NCBI GenBank assembly: GCA_002189035.1
Contig: NEEC01000002.1
Span: forward strand, 6,758,001-6,822,000
Length of the DNA stretch: 64,000 nucleotides
Reading direction: 5' to 3'
Origin: Utricularia gibba
Lineage: Eukaryota; Plantae; Magnoliophyta
The notes under the pieces were generated by a model. That model was not told the origin of the DNA, ran no database searches, and saw only the letters and a list, made by a program, of their open reading frames with translations. The translations under genes were made by a program, and so were the position numbers. This document shows, piece by piece, positions 45,501-60,500 of the stretch; position 1 is the stretch's first letter; the number at the start of each line of letters is the position of its first letter.

Positions 45501-48500
45501 TTGCACATATCATACCGTTTCGAAGCTCGTTCCGAGCCGGTCTTCTTTCGTGTTGAGAACTTGTTCGTCCGAGGCTGCACAAATGCTCGAAAGATTGCCT
45601 TATATTAGCCTTCAGATGTGCAACGAAGTGGCCACCACCGCGGTGACACACTGACTCGATGCGAATGTGATTTTTGACATGCAAGACGTATGTATTTCAT
45701 GGGACGATGTGAAATTTTGGATTTCGAGATGATCATTTAAGGGTGTGTCCCTAGCCACGAATCGCCGAACCACGTTTCGAAATCTTCTTTCGTGTTGAGA
45801 ACTTGTTCGTCCGAGGCTGCACAAATGCTCGAAAGATTGCCTTATATTAGCCTTCAGATGTGCAACGAAGTGGCCACCACATTCGCGAAAATGTGACTCG
45901 GGACACCTGACTCGATGCGAATGTGATTTTTGACATGCAAGACGTATGTATTTCATGGGACGATGTGAAATTTTGGATTTCGAGATGATCATTTAAGGGT
46001 GTGTCCCTAGCCACACCTCATGGTGGCCTCGTGCACTCTTCGGTATCGAGTGGATATCTTGCGAACGGTGATGAGTCATGTTGCACATATCATACCGTTT
46101 CGAAGCTCGTTCCGAGCCGGTCTTCTTTCGTGTTGAGAACTTGTTCGTCCGAGGCTGCACAAATGCTCGAAAGATTGCCTTATATTAGCCTTCAGATGTG
46201 CAACGAAGTGGCCACCACATTCGCGAAAATGTGACTCGGGACACCTGACTCGATGCGAATGTGATTTTTGACATGCAAGACGTATGTATTTCATGGGACG
46301 ATGTGAAATTTTGGATTTCGAGATGATCATTTAAGGTGTGTCCCTAGCCACACCTCATGGTGGCCTCGTGCACTCTTCGGTATCGAGTGGATATCTTGCG
46401 AACGGTGATGAGTCATGTTGCACATATCATACCGTTTCGAAGCTCGTTCCGAGCCGGTCTTCTTTCGTGTTGAGAACTTGTTCGTCCGAGCTGCACAAAT
46501 GCTCGAAAGATTGCCTTATATTAGCCTTCAGATGTGCAACGAAGTGGCCACCACATTCGCGAAAATGTGACTCGGGACACCTGACTCGATGCGAATGTGA
46601 TTTTTGACATGCAAGACGTATGTATTTCATGGGACGATGTGAAATTTTGGATTTCGAGATGATCATTTAAGCAACGGTGGCCTCGTGCACTCTTCGGTAT
46701 CGTGGATATCTTGCAACGGTGATGAGTCATGTTGCACATTACCGCGAAAATTGTTCGAGTGCTCGAAAGGCCTTACCTTCAGATGTGCAACGAAGTGGCC
46801 ACCACATTCGCGAAAATGTGACTCGGGACACCTGTCGATGCGAATGTGATTTTTGACATGCAAGACGTATGTATTTCATGGGACGATGTGAAATTTTGGA
46901 TTTCGAGATGATCATTTAAGGGTGTGTCCCTAGCCACCACCTCATGGTGGCCTCGTGCACTCTTCGGTATCGAGTGGATATCTTGCGAACGGTGATGAGT
47001 CATGTTGCACATATCATACCGTTTCGAAGCTCGTTCCGAGCCTCTTCTTTCGTGTTGAGAACTTGTTCGTCCGAGGCTGCACAAATGCTCGAAAGATTGC
47101 CTTATATTAGCCTTCAGATGTGCAACGAAGTGGCCACCACATTCGCGAAATGTGACTCGGGACACCTGACTCGATGCGAATGTGATTTTTGACATGCAAG
47201 ACGTATGTATTTCATGGGACGATGTGAAATTTTGGATTTCGAGATGATCATTTAAGGGTGTGTCCCTAGCCACCACCTCATGGTGGCCTCGTGCACTCTT
47301 CGGTATCGAGTGGATATCTTGCGAACGGTGATGAGTCATGTTGCACATATCATACCGTTTCGAAGCTCGTTCCGAGCCGGTCTTCTTTCGTGTTGAGAAC
47401 TTGTTCGTCCGAGCTGCACAAATGCTCGAAAGATTGCCTTATATTAGCCTTCAGATGTGCAACGAAGTGGCCACCACATTCGCGAAAATGTGACTCGGGA
47501 CACCTGACTCGATGCGAATGTGATTTTTGACATGCAAGACGTATGTATTTCATGGACGATGTGAAATTTTGGATTTCGAGATGATCATTTAAGGGTGTGT
47601 CCCTAGCCACACCTCATGGTGGCCTCGTGCACTCTTCGGTATCGAGTGGATATCTTGCGAACGGTGATGAGTCATGTTGCACATATCATACCGTTTCGAA
47701 GCTCGTTCCGAGCCGGTCTTCTTTCGTGTTGAGAACTTGTTCGTCCGAGGCTGCACAAATGCTCGAAAGATTGCCTTATATTAGCCTTCAGATGTGCAAC
47801 GAAGTGGCCACCACATTCGCGAAATGTGACTCGGGACACCTGACTCGATGCGAATGTGATTTTTGACATGCAAGACGTATGTATTTCATGGGACGATGTG
47901 AAATTTTGGATTTCGAGATGATCATTTAAGGGTGTGTCCTAGCCACACCTCATGGTGGCCTCGTGCACTCTTCGGTATCGAGTGGATATCCTCATGGCAC
48001 TGTCGCATCTTCGCAGCTGGCTCGATATCTTGCGCAAGACGTGTATGACGACGATGATTGCAGCATCATCACACCGTTTCGAAGCTCGTTCCGAGCCGGT
48101 CTTCTTTCGTGTTGAGAACTTGTTCGTCCGAGGCTGCACAAATGCTCGAAAGATTGCCTTATATTAGCCTTCAGATGTGCAACGAAGTGGCCACCACATT
48201 CGCGAAAACTCGTGACTCGATGGACATGCAAGACGTATGTATTTCATCGATGCGAGATGATGATCATTGGCCTTGACATGCAACGGTGACATGTACATAT
48301 CATACCGTTTCGAAGCTCGTTCCGATCTTCTTTCGTGTTGAGAACTTGTTCGTCCGAGGCTGCACAAATGCTCGAAAGATTGCCTTATATTAGCCTTCAG
48401 ATGTGCAACGAAGTGGCCACCATTCGCGAAATGTGATGGGATCATTTGATTTTTGAGGGGTGTCCCTAGCCACACCTCATGGTGGCCTCGTGCACTCTTC

Positions 48501-51500
48501 GGTATCGAGTGGATATCTTGCGAACGGTGATGAGTCATGTTGCACATATCATACCGTTTCGAAGCTCGTTCCGAGCCGGTCTTCTTTCGTGTTGAGAACT
48601 TGTTCGTCCGAGGCTGCACAAATGCTCGAAAGATTGCCTTATATTAGCCTTCAGATGTGCAACGAAGTGGCCACCACATTCGCGAAAGTGACTTGCCGAT
48701 GCGAATGTGATACATTATGCCTGTCAGATGATGCAACGAAGTGGCCACCACACATTCGCGAAGCTCGTTCCGAAGAACTTGTTCGTCCGAGGCTGCGGAA
48801 AGACACCTGACTCGATGCGAATGTGATTTTTGACATGCAAGACGTATGTATTTCATGGGACGATGTGAAATTTTGGATTTCGAGATGATCATTTAAGGGT
48901 GTGTCCCTAAATCATTTCGTGACTTTCGATCGAGTGGATCATGATTCAAGGGCTCGTGTCTTCTTTCGTGTTGAGAACTTGTTCGTCCGAGGCTGCACCT
49001 CAAAGATTGGTGATGCAACTGGCGCGAAAATGCACTGACTTGCGGTGATTTTTGACATGCAAGACGTATGTATTTCATGGGACGATGTGAAATTTTGGAT
49101 TTCGAGATGATCATTTAAGCGAACGGTGATGAGTCATGTTGCACATATCATACCGTTTCGAAGCTCGTTCCGAGCCGGTCTTCTTTCGTGTTGAGAACTT
49201 GTTCGTCCGAGGCTGCACAAATGCTCGAAAGATTGCCTTATATTAGCCTTCAGATGTGCAACGAAGTGGCCACCACATTCGCGAAATGTGACTCGGGACA
49301 CCTGACTCGATGCGAATGTGATTTTTGACATGCAAGACGTATGTATTTCATGGACGATGTGAAATTTTGGATTTCGAGATGATCATTTAAGATTTTCACA
49401 TGCCTCACACTCATGTTTCGTATCGTGCATGTGCTCGAAAGATTGCGGATGTGGAAGTGGCGAGTGACATGGATGCGACATGCATCATACCGTGATCATC
49501 CCTAGCCACCACCTCATGGTGGCCTCGTGCACTCTTCGGTATCGAGTGGATATCTTGCGAACGGTGATGAGTCATGTTGCACATATCATACCGTTTCGAA
49601 GCTCGTTCCGAGCCGGTCTTCTTTCGTGTTGAGAACTTGTTCGTCCGAGGCTGCACAAATGCTCGAAAGATTGCCTTATATTAGCCTTCAGATGTGCAAC
49701 GAAGTGGCCACCACATCGCGAAATGATGTGACTCGATGCGACATTATGCCGATGCGAGATGTGATTGACATCGAGTGGATGTGACACATGTTTCGAAAAC
49801 TTGACTGCGAAAGATTGCGCCTGATGTGCTTTTGTGACATGACATTTGATTGACATGCAAGACGTATGTATTTCATGGACGATGTGAAATTTTGGATTTC
49901 GAGATGATCATTTAAGAGGTGGCCTCGTCCTCTTCGGTAGCCTCCACATCATGGTGGCCTCGTGCACTCTGCTCGTATCGAGTGGAAGTATCTGTGCAAA
50001 CTTGTGATGACATGTCATGTTGCGACATCATACCTCGTTCTCGAAGCTCGTTCCGAGCCGGTCTTCTTTCGTGTTGAGAACTTGTTCGTCCGAGGCTGCA
50101 CAAATGCTCGAAAGATTGCCTTATATTAGCCTTCAGATGTGCAACGAAGTGGCCACCACATTCGCGAAAATGTGACTCGGGACACCTGACTCGATGCGAA
50201 TGTGATTTTTGACATGCAAGACGTATGTATTTCATGGGACGATGTGAAATTTTGGATTTCGAGATGATCATTTAAGGGTGTGTCCCTAGCCACACCTCAT
50301 GGTGGCCTCGTGCACTCTTCGGTATCGAGTGGATATCTTGCGAACGGTGATGAGTCATGTTGCACATATCATACCGTTTCGAAGCTCGTTCCGAGCCGGT
50401 CTTCTTTCGTGTTGAGAACTTGTTCGTCCGAGGGCACAAATGCTCGAAAGATTGCCTTATATTAGCCTTCAGATGTGCAACGAAGTGGCCACCAGTTCGC
50501 GAAATGTGACTCGGGACACCTGACTCGATGCGAATGTGATTTTTGACATGCAAGACGTATGTATTTCATGGACGATGTGAAATTTTGGATTTCGAGATGA
50601 TCATTTAAGGGTGTGTCCCTAGCCACACCTCATGGTGGCCTCGTGCACTCTTCGGTATCGAGTGGATATCTTGCGAACGGTGATGAGTCATGTTGCACAT
50701 ATCATACCGTTTCGAAGCTCGTTCCGAGCCGGTCTTCTTTCGTGTTGAGAACTTGTTCGTCCGAGGCTGCACAAATGCTCGAAAGATTGCCTTATATTAG
50801 CCTTCAGATGTGCAACGAAGTGGCCACCATTCGCGAAAATGTGACTCGGGACACCTGACTCGATGCGAATGTGATTTTTGACATGCAAGACGTATGTATT
50901 TCATGGGACGATGTGAAATTTGGATTTCGAGATGATCATTTAAGGGTGTGTCCCTAGCCACAACCTCATGGTGGCCTCGTGCACTCTTCGGTATCGAGTG
51001 GATATCTTGCGAACGGTGATGAGTCATGTTGCACATATCATACCGTTTCGAAGCTCGTTCCGAGCCGGTCTTCTTTCGTGTTGAGAACTTGTTCGTCCGA
51101 GGCTGCACAAATGCTCGAAAGATTGCCTTATATTAGCCTTCAGATGTGCAACGAAGTGGCCACCACATTCGCGAAAATGTGACTCGGGACACCTGACTCG
51201 ATGCGAATGTGATTTTTGACATGCAAGACGTATGTATTTCATGGGACGATGTGAAATTTTGGATTTCGAGATGATCATTTAAGGGTGTGTCCCTAGCCAC
51301 CACCTCATGGTGGCCTCGTGCACTCTTCGGTATCGAGTGGATATCTTGCGAACGGTGATGAGTCATGTTGCACATATCATACCGTTTCGAAGCTCGTTCC
51401 GAGCCGGTCTTCTTTCGTGTTGAGAACTTGTTCGTCCGAGGCTGCACAAATGCTCGAAAGATTGCCTTATATTAGCCTTCAGATGTGCAACGAAGTGGCC

Positions 51501-54500
51501 ACCACATTCGCGAAAATGTGACTCGGGACACCTGACTCGATGCGAATGTGATTTTTGACATGCAAGACGTATGTATTTCATGGACGATGTGAAATTTTGG
51601 ATTTCGAGATGATCATTTAAGGGTGTGTCCCTAGCCACACCTCATGGTGGCCTCGTGCACTCTTCGGTATCGAGTGGATATCTTGCGAACGGTGATGAGT
51701 CATGTTGCACATATCATACCGTTTCGAAGCTCGTTCCGAGCCGGTCTTCTTTCGTGTTGAGAACTTGTTCGTCCGAGGCTGCACAAATGCTCGAAAGATT
51801 GCCTTATATTAGCCTTCAGATGTGCAACGAAGTGGCCACCACATTCGCGAAAATGTGACTCGGGACACCTGACTCGATGCGAATGTGATTTTTGACATGC
51901 AAGACGTATGTATTTCATGGGACGATGTGAAATTTTGGATTTCGAGATGATCATTTAAGGTGTGTCCCTAGCCACCACCTCATGGTGGCCTCGTGCACTC
52001 TTCGGTATCGAGTGGATATCTTGCGAACGGTGATGAGTCATGTTGCACATATCATACCGTTTCGAAGCTCGTTCCGAGCCGGTCTTCTTTCGTGTTGAGA
52101 ACTTGTTCGTCCGAGGCTGCACAAATGCTCGAAAGATTGCCTTATATTAGCCTTCAGATGTGCAACGAAGTGGCCACCACGTTCGCGAAAATGTGACTCG
52201 GGACACCTGACTCGATGCGAATGTGATTTTTGACATGCAAGACGTATGTATTTCATGGGACGATGTGAAATTTTGGATTTCGAGATGATCATTTAAGGGT
52301 GTGTCCCTAGCCACAACCTCATGGTGGCCTCGTGCACTCTTCGGTATCGAGTGGATATCTTGCGAACGGTGATGAGTCATGTTGCACATATCATACCGTT
52401 TCGAAGCTCGTTCCGAGCCGGTCTTCTTTCGTGTTGAGAACTTGTTCGTCCGAGGCTGCACAAATGCTCGAAAGATTGCCTTATATTAGCCTTCAGATGT
52501 GCAACGAAGTGGCCACCACATTCGCGAAAATGGGGACACCTGACTCGATTGTGATTTTTGACATGCAAGACGGTGGGACGATGTGAAATTTTGGATTTCG
52601 AGATGATCATGGGTGTGTCCCTAGCCATCATCATACCGTGATTCATGACAGTTTCTCGTTCCGAGCCGGTCTTCTTTCGTGTTGAGAACTTGTTCGTCCG
52701 AGGCTGCACAAATGCTCGAAAGATTGCCTTATATTAGCCTTCAGATGTGCAACGAAGTGGCCACCACATTCGCGAAAATGTGACTCGGGACACCTGACTC
52801 GATGCGAATGTGATTTTTGACATGCAAGACGTATGTATTTCATGGGACGATGTGAAATTTTGGATTTCGAGATGATCATTTAAGGGTGTGTCCCTAGCCA
52901 CCACCTCATGGTGTCGTGCACTATCGCTTGCGAACGGTGATGAGTCATGTTGCACATATCATACCGGTCGTTCCGAGCCGGTCGTGTTGAGAACTTGTTC
53001 GTCCGAGGCTGCACAAATGCTCGAAAGATTGCCTTATATTAGCCTTCAGATGTGCAACGAAGTGGCCACCACATTCGCGAAAATGTGACTCGGGACACCT
53101 GACTCGATGCGAATGTGATTTTTTGACATGCAAGACGTATGTATTTCATGGGACGATGTGAAATTTTGGATTTCGAGATGATCATTTAAGGGTGTGTCCC
53201 TACCGGTTCGTGCACTCTTCGTATCGAGTGGATATCTTGCGAACGGTGATGAGTCATGTTGCACATATCATACCGTTTCGAAGCTCGTTCCGAGCCGGTC
53301 TTCTTTCGTGTTGAGAACTTGTTCGTCCGAGGCTGCACAAATGCTCGAAAGATTGCCTTATATTAGCCTTCAGATGTGCAACGAAGTGGCCACCACATTC
53401 GCGAATGTGACTCGGGACACCTGACTCGATGCGAATGTGATTTTTGACATGCAAGACGTATGTATTTCATGGGACGACGAGATATCATTTAAGGGTGTGT
53501 CCCTATTGGTGGCCTCGTGCACTCTTCGGTATCGAGTGGATATCTTGCGAACGGTGATGAGTCATGTTGCACATATCATACTTTGTTCGTCCGAGGCTGC
53601 ACAAATGCTCGAAAGATTGCCTTATATTAGCCTTCAGATGTGCAACGAAGTGGCCACCAACCTCATGTGCATGCAAGACGTATGTATTTCATGGGACGAT
53701 GCGAATCGAGTGGATATCTTGCGAACGGTGATGAGTCATGTTGCACATATCATACCGTTTCGAAGCTCGTTCCGAGCCGGTCTTCTTTCGTGTGAGAACT
53801 TGTTCGTCCGAGGCTGCACAAATGCTCGAAGATTGCCTTATATTAGCCTTCAGATGTGCAACGAAGTGGCCACCACATTCGCGAAAATGTGACTCGGGAC
53901 ACCTGACTCGATGCGAATGTGATTTTTGACATGCAAGACGTGTCCCAGCCACAACCTCATGGTGGCCTCGTGCACTCTTCGGTATCGAGTGGATATCTTG
54001 CATTTCGGTGAAGAGTCATTGTTCATTTTGCCTTATAGGGTGTGTCCCTCGTTCCGACCTATGTATTTCATGGACGATGTGCCTCGTGCACTCTTCGGTA
54101 TCGAGTGGATATCTTGCGAACGGTGATGAGTCATGTTGCACATATCATACCGTTTCGAAGCTCGTTCCGAGCCGGTCTTCTTTCGTGTTGAGAACTTGTT
54201 CGTCCGAGGCTGCACAAATGCTCGAAAGATTGCCTTATATTAGCCTTCAGATGTGCAACGAAGTGGCCACCACATTCGCGAAAATGTGACTCGGGACACC
54301 TGACTCGATGCGAATGTGATTTTTGACATGCAAGACGTATGTATTTCATGGGACGCCATGGTGAAATTTTGGATTTCGAGATGATTGTTCGTCCGATGCA
54401 CAAATGCTCGAAAGATTGCCTTATATTAGCCTTCAGATGTGCAACGAAGTGGCCACCACATTCGCCTCGGACACCTGACTCGATGCGAATGTGATTTTTG

Positions 54501-57500
54501 ACATGCAAGACGTATGTATTTCATGGACGATGTGAAATTTTGGATTTCGAGATGATCTCGTGGCCTCGTGCACTCTTCGGTATCGAGTGGATATCTTGCG
54601 AACGGTGATGAGTCATGTTGCACATATCATACCGTTTCGAAGCTCGTTCCGAGCCGGTCTTCTTTCGTGTTGAGAACTTGTTCGTCCGAGGCTGCACAAA
54701 TGCTCGAAAGATTGCCTTATATTAGCCTTCAGATGTGCAACGAAGTGGCCACCACATTCGCGAAAATGTGACTCGGACACCTGACTCGATGCGAATGTGA
54801 TTTTTGACATGCAAGACGTATGTATTTCATGGACGATGTGAAATTTGGATTTCGAGATGATCATTTAAGGGTGTGTCCCTAGCCAACCTCATGGTGGCCT
54901 CGTGCACTCTTCGGTATCGAGTGGATATCTTGCGAACGGTGATGAGTCATGTTGCACATATCATACCGTTTCGAAGCTCGTTCCGAGCCGTCTTCTTTCG
55001 TGTTGAGAACTTGTTCGTCCGAGCTGCACAAATGCTCGAAAGATTGCCTTATATTAGCCTTCAGATGTGCAACGAAGTGGCCACCACATTCGCGAAAATG
55101 TGACTCGGGACACCTGACTCGATGCGAATGTGATTTTTGACATGCAAGACGTATGTATTTCATGGGACGATGTGAAATTTTGGATTTCGAGATGATCATT
55201 TAAGGGTGTGTCCCTAGCCACCACTCATGGTGGCCTCGTGCACTCTTCGGTATCGAGTGGATATCTTGCGAACGGTGATGAGTCATGTTGCACATATCAT
55301 ACCGTTTCGAAGCTCGTTCCGAGCCGGTCTTCTTTCGTGTTGAGAACTTGTTCGTCCGAGGCTGCACAAATGCTCGAAAGATTGCCTTATATTAGCCTTC
55401 AGATGTGCAACGAAGTGGCCACCACATTCGCGAAATGTGACTCGGGACACCTGACTCGATGCGAATGTGATTTTTGACATGCAAGACGTATGTATTTCAT
55501 GGACGATGTGAAATTTGGATTTCGAGATGATCATTTAAGGTGTCCTAGCCACCACCTCAATGTGATTTTTCGCAAGATATCATGGATATACGATTTTGAG
55601 CTTTCCACATTCTTCGTTTCGTGCTCGTTCCGAGCTTGCGTCGTCCGTGTTGAGAACTTGTTCGTCCGAGCTGCACAAATGCTCGAAAGATTGCCTTATA
55701 TTAGCCTTCAGATGTGCAACGAAGTGGCCACCACATTCGCGAAAATGTGACTCGGGACACCTGACTCGATGCGAATGTGATTTTTGACATGCAAGACGTA
55801 TGTATTTCATGGGACGATGTGAAATTTTGGATTTCGAGATGATCATTTAAGTGCCCTAGCCACACCTCATGGTGGCCTCGTGCACTCTTCGGTATCGAGT
55901 GGATATCTTGCGAACGGTCTTCTTTCGTGTTGAGAACTTGTTCGTCCGAGCTGCACAAATGCTCGAAAGATTGCCTTATATTAGCCTTCAGATGTGCAAC
56001 GAAGTGGCCACCACATTCGCGAAAATGTGACTCGGGACACCTGACTCGATGCGAATGTGATTTTTGACATGCAAGACGTATGTATTTCATGGGACGATGT
56101 GAAATTTTGGATTTCGAGATGATCATTTAAGGGTGTGTCCTAGCCACACCTCATGGTGGCCTCGTGCACTCTTCGGTATCGAGTGGATATCTTGCGAACG
56201 GTGATGAGTCATGTTGCACATATCATACCGTTTCGAAGCTCGTTCCGAGCCGGTCTTCTTTCGTGTTGAGAACTTGTTCGTCCGAGGCTGCACAAATGCT
56301 CGAAAGATTGCCTTATATTAGCCTTCAGATGTGCAACGAAGTGGCCACCACATTCGCGAAAATGTGACTCGGGACACCTGACTCGATGCGAATGTGATTT
56401 TTGACATGCAAGACGTATGTATTTCATGGGACGATGTGAAATTTTGGATTTCGAGATGATCATTTAAGGTGTGTCCCTAGCCACAACCTCATGGTGGCCT
56501 CGTGCACTCTTCGGTATCGAGTGGATATCTTGCGGTGATGAGTCATGTTGCACATATCATACCGTTTCGAAGCTCGTTCCGAGCCGGTCTTCTTTCGTGT
56601 TGAACTTGTTCGTCCGAGCTGCACAAATGCTCGAAAGATTGCCTTATATTAGCCTTCAGATGTGCAACGAAGTGGCCACCACATTCGCGAAATGTGACTC
56701 GGGACACCTGACTCGATGCGAATGTGATTTTTGACATGCAAGACGTATGTATTTCATGGGACGATGTGAAATTTTGGATTTCGAGATGATCATTTAAGGG
56801 TGTGTCCCTAGCCACCACCTCATGGTGGCCTCGTGCACTCTTCGGTATCGAGTGGATATCTTGCGAACGGTGATGAGTCATGTTGCACATATCATACCGT
56901 TTCGAAGCTCGTTCCGAGCCGGTCTTCTTTCGTGTTGAGAACTTGTTCGTCCGAGGCTGCACAAATGCTCGAAAGATTGCCTTATATTAGCCTTCAGATG
57001 TGCAACGAAGTGGCCACCACATTCGCGAAATGACTCGGGACACCTGACTCGATGCGAATGTGATTTTTGACATGCAAAACTATGTATTTCATGGACGATG
57101 TGAAATTTTGGATTTCGAGATGATCATTTAAGATTGTGTCCCTAGCCACAACCTCATGGTGGCCTCGTGCACTCTTCGGTATCGAGTGGATATCTTGCGA
57201 ACGGTGATGAGTCATGTTGCACATATCATACCGTTTCGAAGCTCGTTCCGAGCGGTCTTCTTTCGTGTTGAGAACTTGTTCGTCCGAGGCTGCACAAATG
57301 CTCGAAAGATTGCCTTATATTAGCCTTCAGATGTGCAACGAAGTGGCCACCACATTCGCGAAATGTGACTCGGGACACCTGACTCGATGCGAATGTGATT
57401 TTTGACATGCAAGACTATGTATTTCATGGACGATGTGAAATTTTGATTTCGAGATGATCATTTAAGGGTGTGTCCCTAGCCACACCTCATGGTGGCCTCG

Positions 57501-60500
57501 TGCACTCTTCGGTATCGAGTGGATATCTTGCGAAACGGTGATGAGTCATCTTCTTTCGTTGCACATGCTCATATATTAGCCTTCAGATGTGCAACGAAGT
57601 GGCCACCACATTCGCGAAATGTGACTCGGGACCCCTCGATGCGAATGTGATTTTTGACATGCAAGACGTATGTATTTCATGGGACGATGTGAAATTTTGG
57701 ATTTCGAGATGATCATTTAAGGGTGTGTCCCTAGCCACCACCTCATGGTGGCCTCGTGCACTCTTCGGTATCGAGTGGATATCTTGCGAACGGTGATGAG
57801 TCATGTTGCACATATCATACCGTTTCGAAGCTCGTTCCGAGCCGGTCTTCTTTCGTGTTGAGAACTTGTTCGTCCGAGCTGCACAAATGCTCGAAAGATT
57901 GCCTTATATTAGCCTTCAGATGTGCAACGAAGTGGCCACCACATTCGCGAAATGTGACTCGGGACACCTGACTCGATGCGAATGTGATTTTTGACATGCA
58001 AGACGTATGTATTTCATGGGACGATGTGAAATTTGGATTTCGAGATGATCATTTAAGGGTGTGTCCCTAGCCACACCTCATGGTGGCCTCGTGCACTCTT
58101 CGGTATCGAGTGGATATCTTGCGAACGGTGATGAGTCATGTTGCACATATCATACCGTTTCGAAGCTCGTTCCGAGCCGGTCTTCTTTCGTGTTGAGAAC
58201 TTGTTCGTCCGAGGCTGCACAAATGCTCGAAAGATTGCCTTATATTAGCCTTCAGATGTGCAACGAAGTGGCCACCACATTCGCGAAATGTGACTCGGGA
58301 CACCTGACTCGATGCGAATGTGATTTTTGACATGCAAGACGTATGTATTTCATGGGACGATGTGAAATTTGGATTTCGAGATGATCATTTAAGGGTGTGT
58401 CCCTAGCCAACCTCATGGTGGCCTCGTGCACTCTTCGGTATCGAGTGGATATCTTGCGAACGGTGATGAGTCATGTTGCACATATCATACCGTTTCGAAG
58501 CTCGTTCCGAGCCGTCTTCTTTCGTGTTGAGAACTTGTTCGTCCGAGGCTGCACAAATGCTCGAAAGATTGCCTTATATTAGCCTTCAGATGTGCAACGA
58601 AGTGGCCACCACGTTCGCGAAAATGTGACTCGGGACACCTGACTCGATGCGAATGTGATTTTTGACATGCAAGACGTATGTATTTCATGGGACGATGTGA
58701 AATTTTGGATTTCGAGATGATCATTTAAGGGTGTGTCCCTAGCCACCACCTCATGGTGGCCTCGTGCACTCTTCGGTATCGAGTGGATATCTTGCGAACG
58801 GTGATGAGTCATGTTGCACATATCATACCGTTTCGAAGCTCGTTCCGAGCCGGTCTTCTTTCGTGTTGAGAACTTGTTCGTCCGAGGCTGCACAAATGCT
58901 CGAAAGATTGCCTTATATTAGCCTTCAGATGTGCAACGAAGTGGCCACCACATTCGCGAAATGTGACTCGGGACACCTGACTCGATGCGAATGTGATTTT
59001 TGACATGCAAGACGTATGTATTTCATGGACGATGTGAAATTTTGGATTTCGAGATGATCATTTAAGATGTGTGTGTCTAGCCACCTCATGGTGGCCTCGT
59101 GCACTCTTCGGTATCGAGTGGATATCTTGCGAACGGTGATGAGTCATGTTGCATATCATACCGTTTCGAAGCTCGTTCCGAGCCGGTCTTCTTTCGTGTT
59201 GAGAACTTGTTCGTCCGAGGCTGCACAAATGCTCGAAAGATTGCCTTATATTAGCCTTCAGATGTGCAACGAAGTGGCCACCACATTCGCGAAAATGTGA
59301 CTCGGGACACCTGACTCGATGCGAATGTGATTTTTGACATGCAAGACGTATGTATTTCATGGGACGATGTGAAATTTTGATTTCGAGATGATCATTTGGG
59401 GTGTGTCCCTAGCCACAACCTCATGGTGGCCTCGTGCACTCTTCGTATCGAGTGGATATCTTGCAAACGGTGATGAGTCATGTTGCACATATCATACCGT
59501 TTCGAAGCTCGTTCCGAGCCGGTCTTCTTTCGTGTTGAGAACTTGTTCGTCCGAGCTGCACAAATGCTCGAAAGATTGCCTTATATTAGCCTTCAGATGT
59601 GCAACGAAGTGGCCACCACATTCGCGAAAATGTGACTCGGGACACCTGACTCGATGCGAATGTGATTTTTGACATGCAAGACGTATGTATTTCATGGGAC
59701 GATGTGAAATTTTGGATTTCGAGATGATCATTTAAGGGTGTGTCCCTAGCCACCACCTCATGGTGGCCTCGTGCACTTCGGTATCGAGTGGATATCTTGC
59801 GAACGGTGATGTCATGTTGCACATATTACCGTTCGAAGCTCGTTCCGAGCCGTCTTCTTTCGTGTTGAGAACTTGTTCGTCCGAGGCTGCACAAATGCTC
59901 GAAAGATTGCCTTATATTAGCCTTCAGATGTGCAACGAAGTGGCCACCACATTCGCGAAAATGTGACTCGGGACACCTGACTCGATGCGAATGTGATTTT
60001 TGACATGCAAGACGTATGTATTTCATGGGACGATGTGAAATTTTGGATTTCGAGATGATCATTTAAGGGTGTGTCCCTAGCCACACCTCATGGTGGCCTC
60101 GTGCACTCTTCGGTATCGAGTGGATATCTTGCGAACGGTGATGAGTCATGTTGCACATATCATACCGTTCGAAGCTCGTTCCGAGCCGGTCTTCTTTCGT
60201 GTTGAGAACTTGTTCGTCCGAGCTGCACAAATGCTCGAAAGATTGCCTTATATTAGCTTCAGATGTGCAACGAAGTGGCCACCACATTCGCGAAAATGTG
60301 ACTCGGGACACCTGACTCGATGCGAATGTGATTTTTGACATGCAAGACGTATGTATTTCATGGACGATGTGAAATTTTGGATTTCGAGATGATCATTTAA
60401 GGGTGTGTCCCTAGCCACCACCTCATGGTGGCCTCGTGCACTCTTCGGTATCGAGTGGATATCTTGCGAACGGTGATGAGTCATGTTGCACATATCATAC

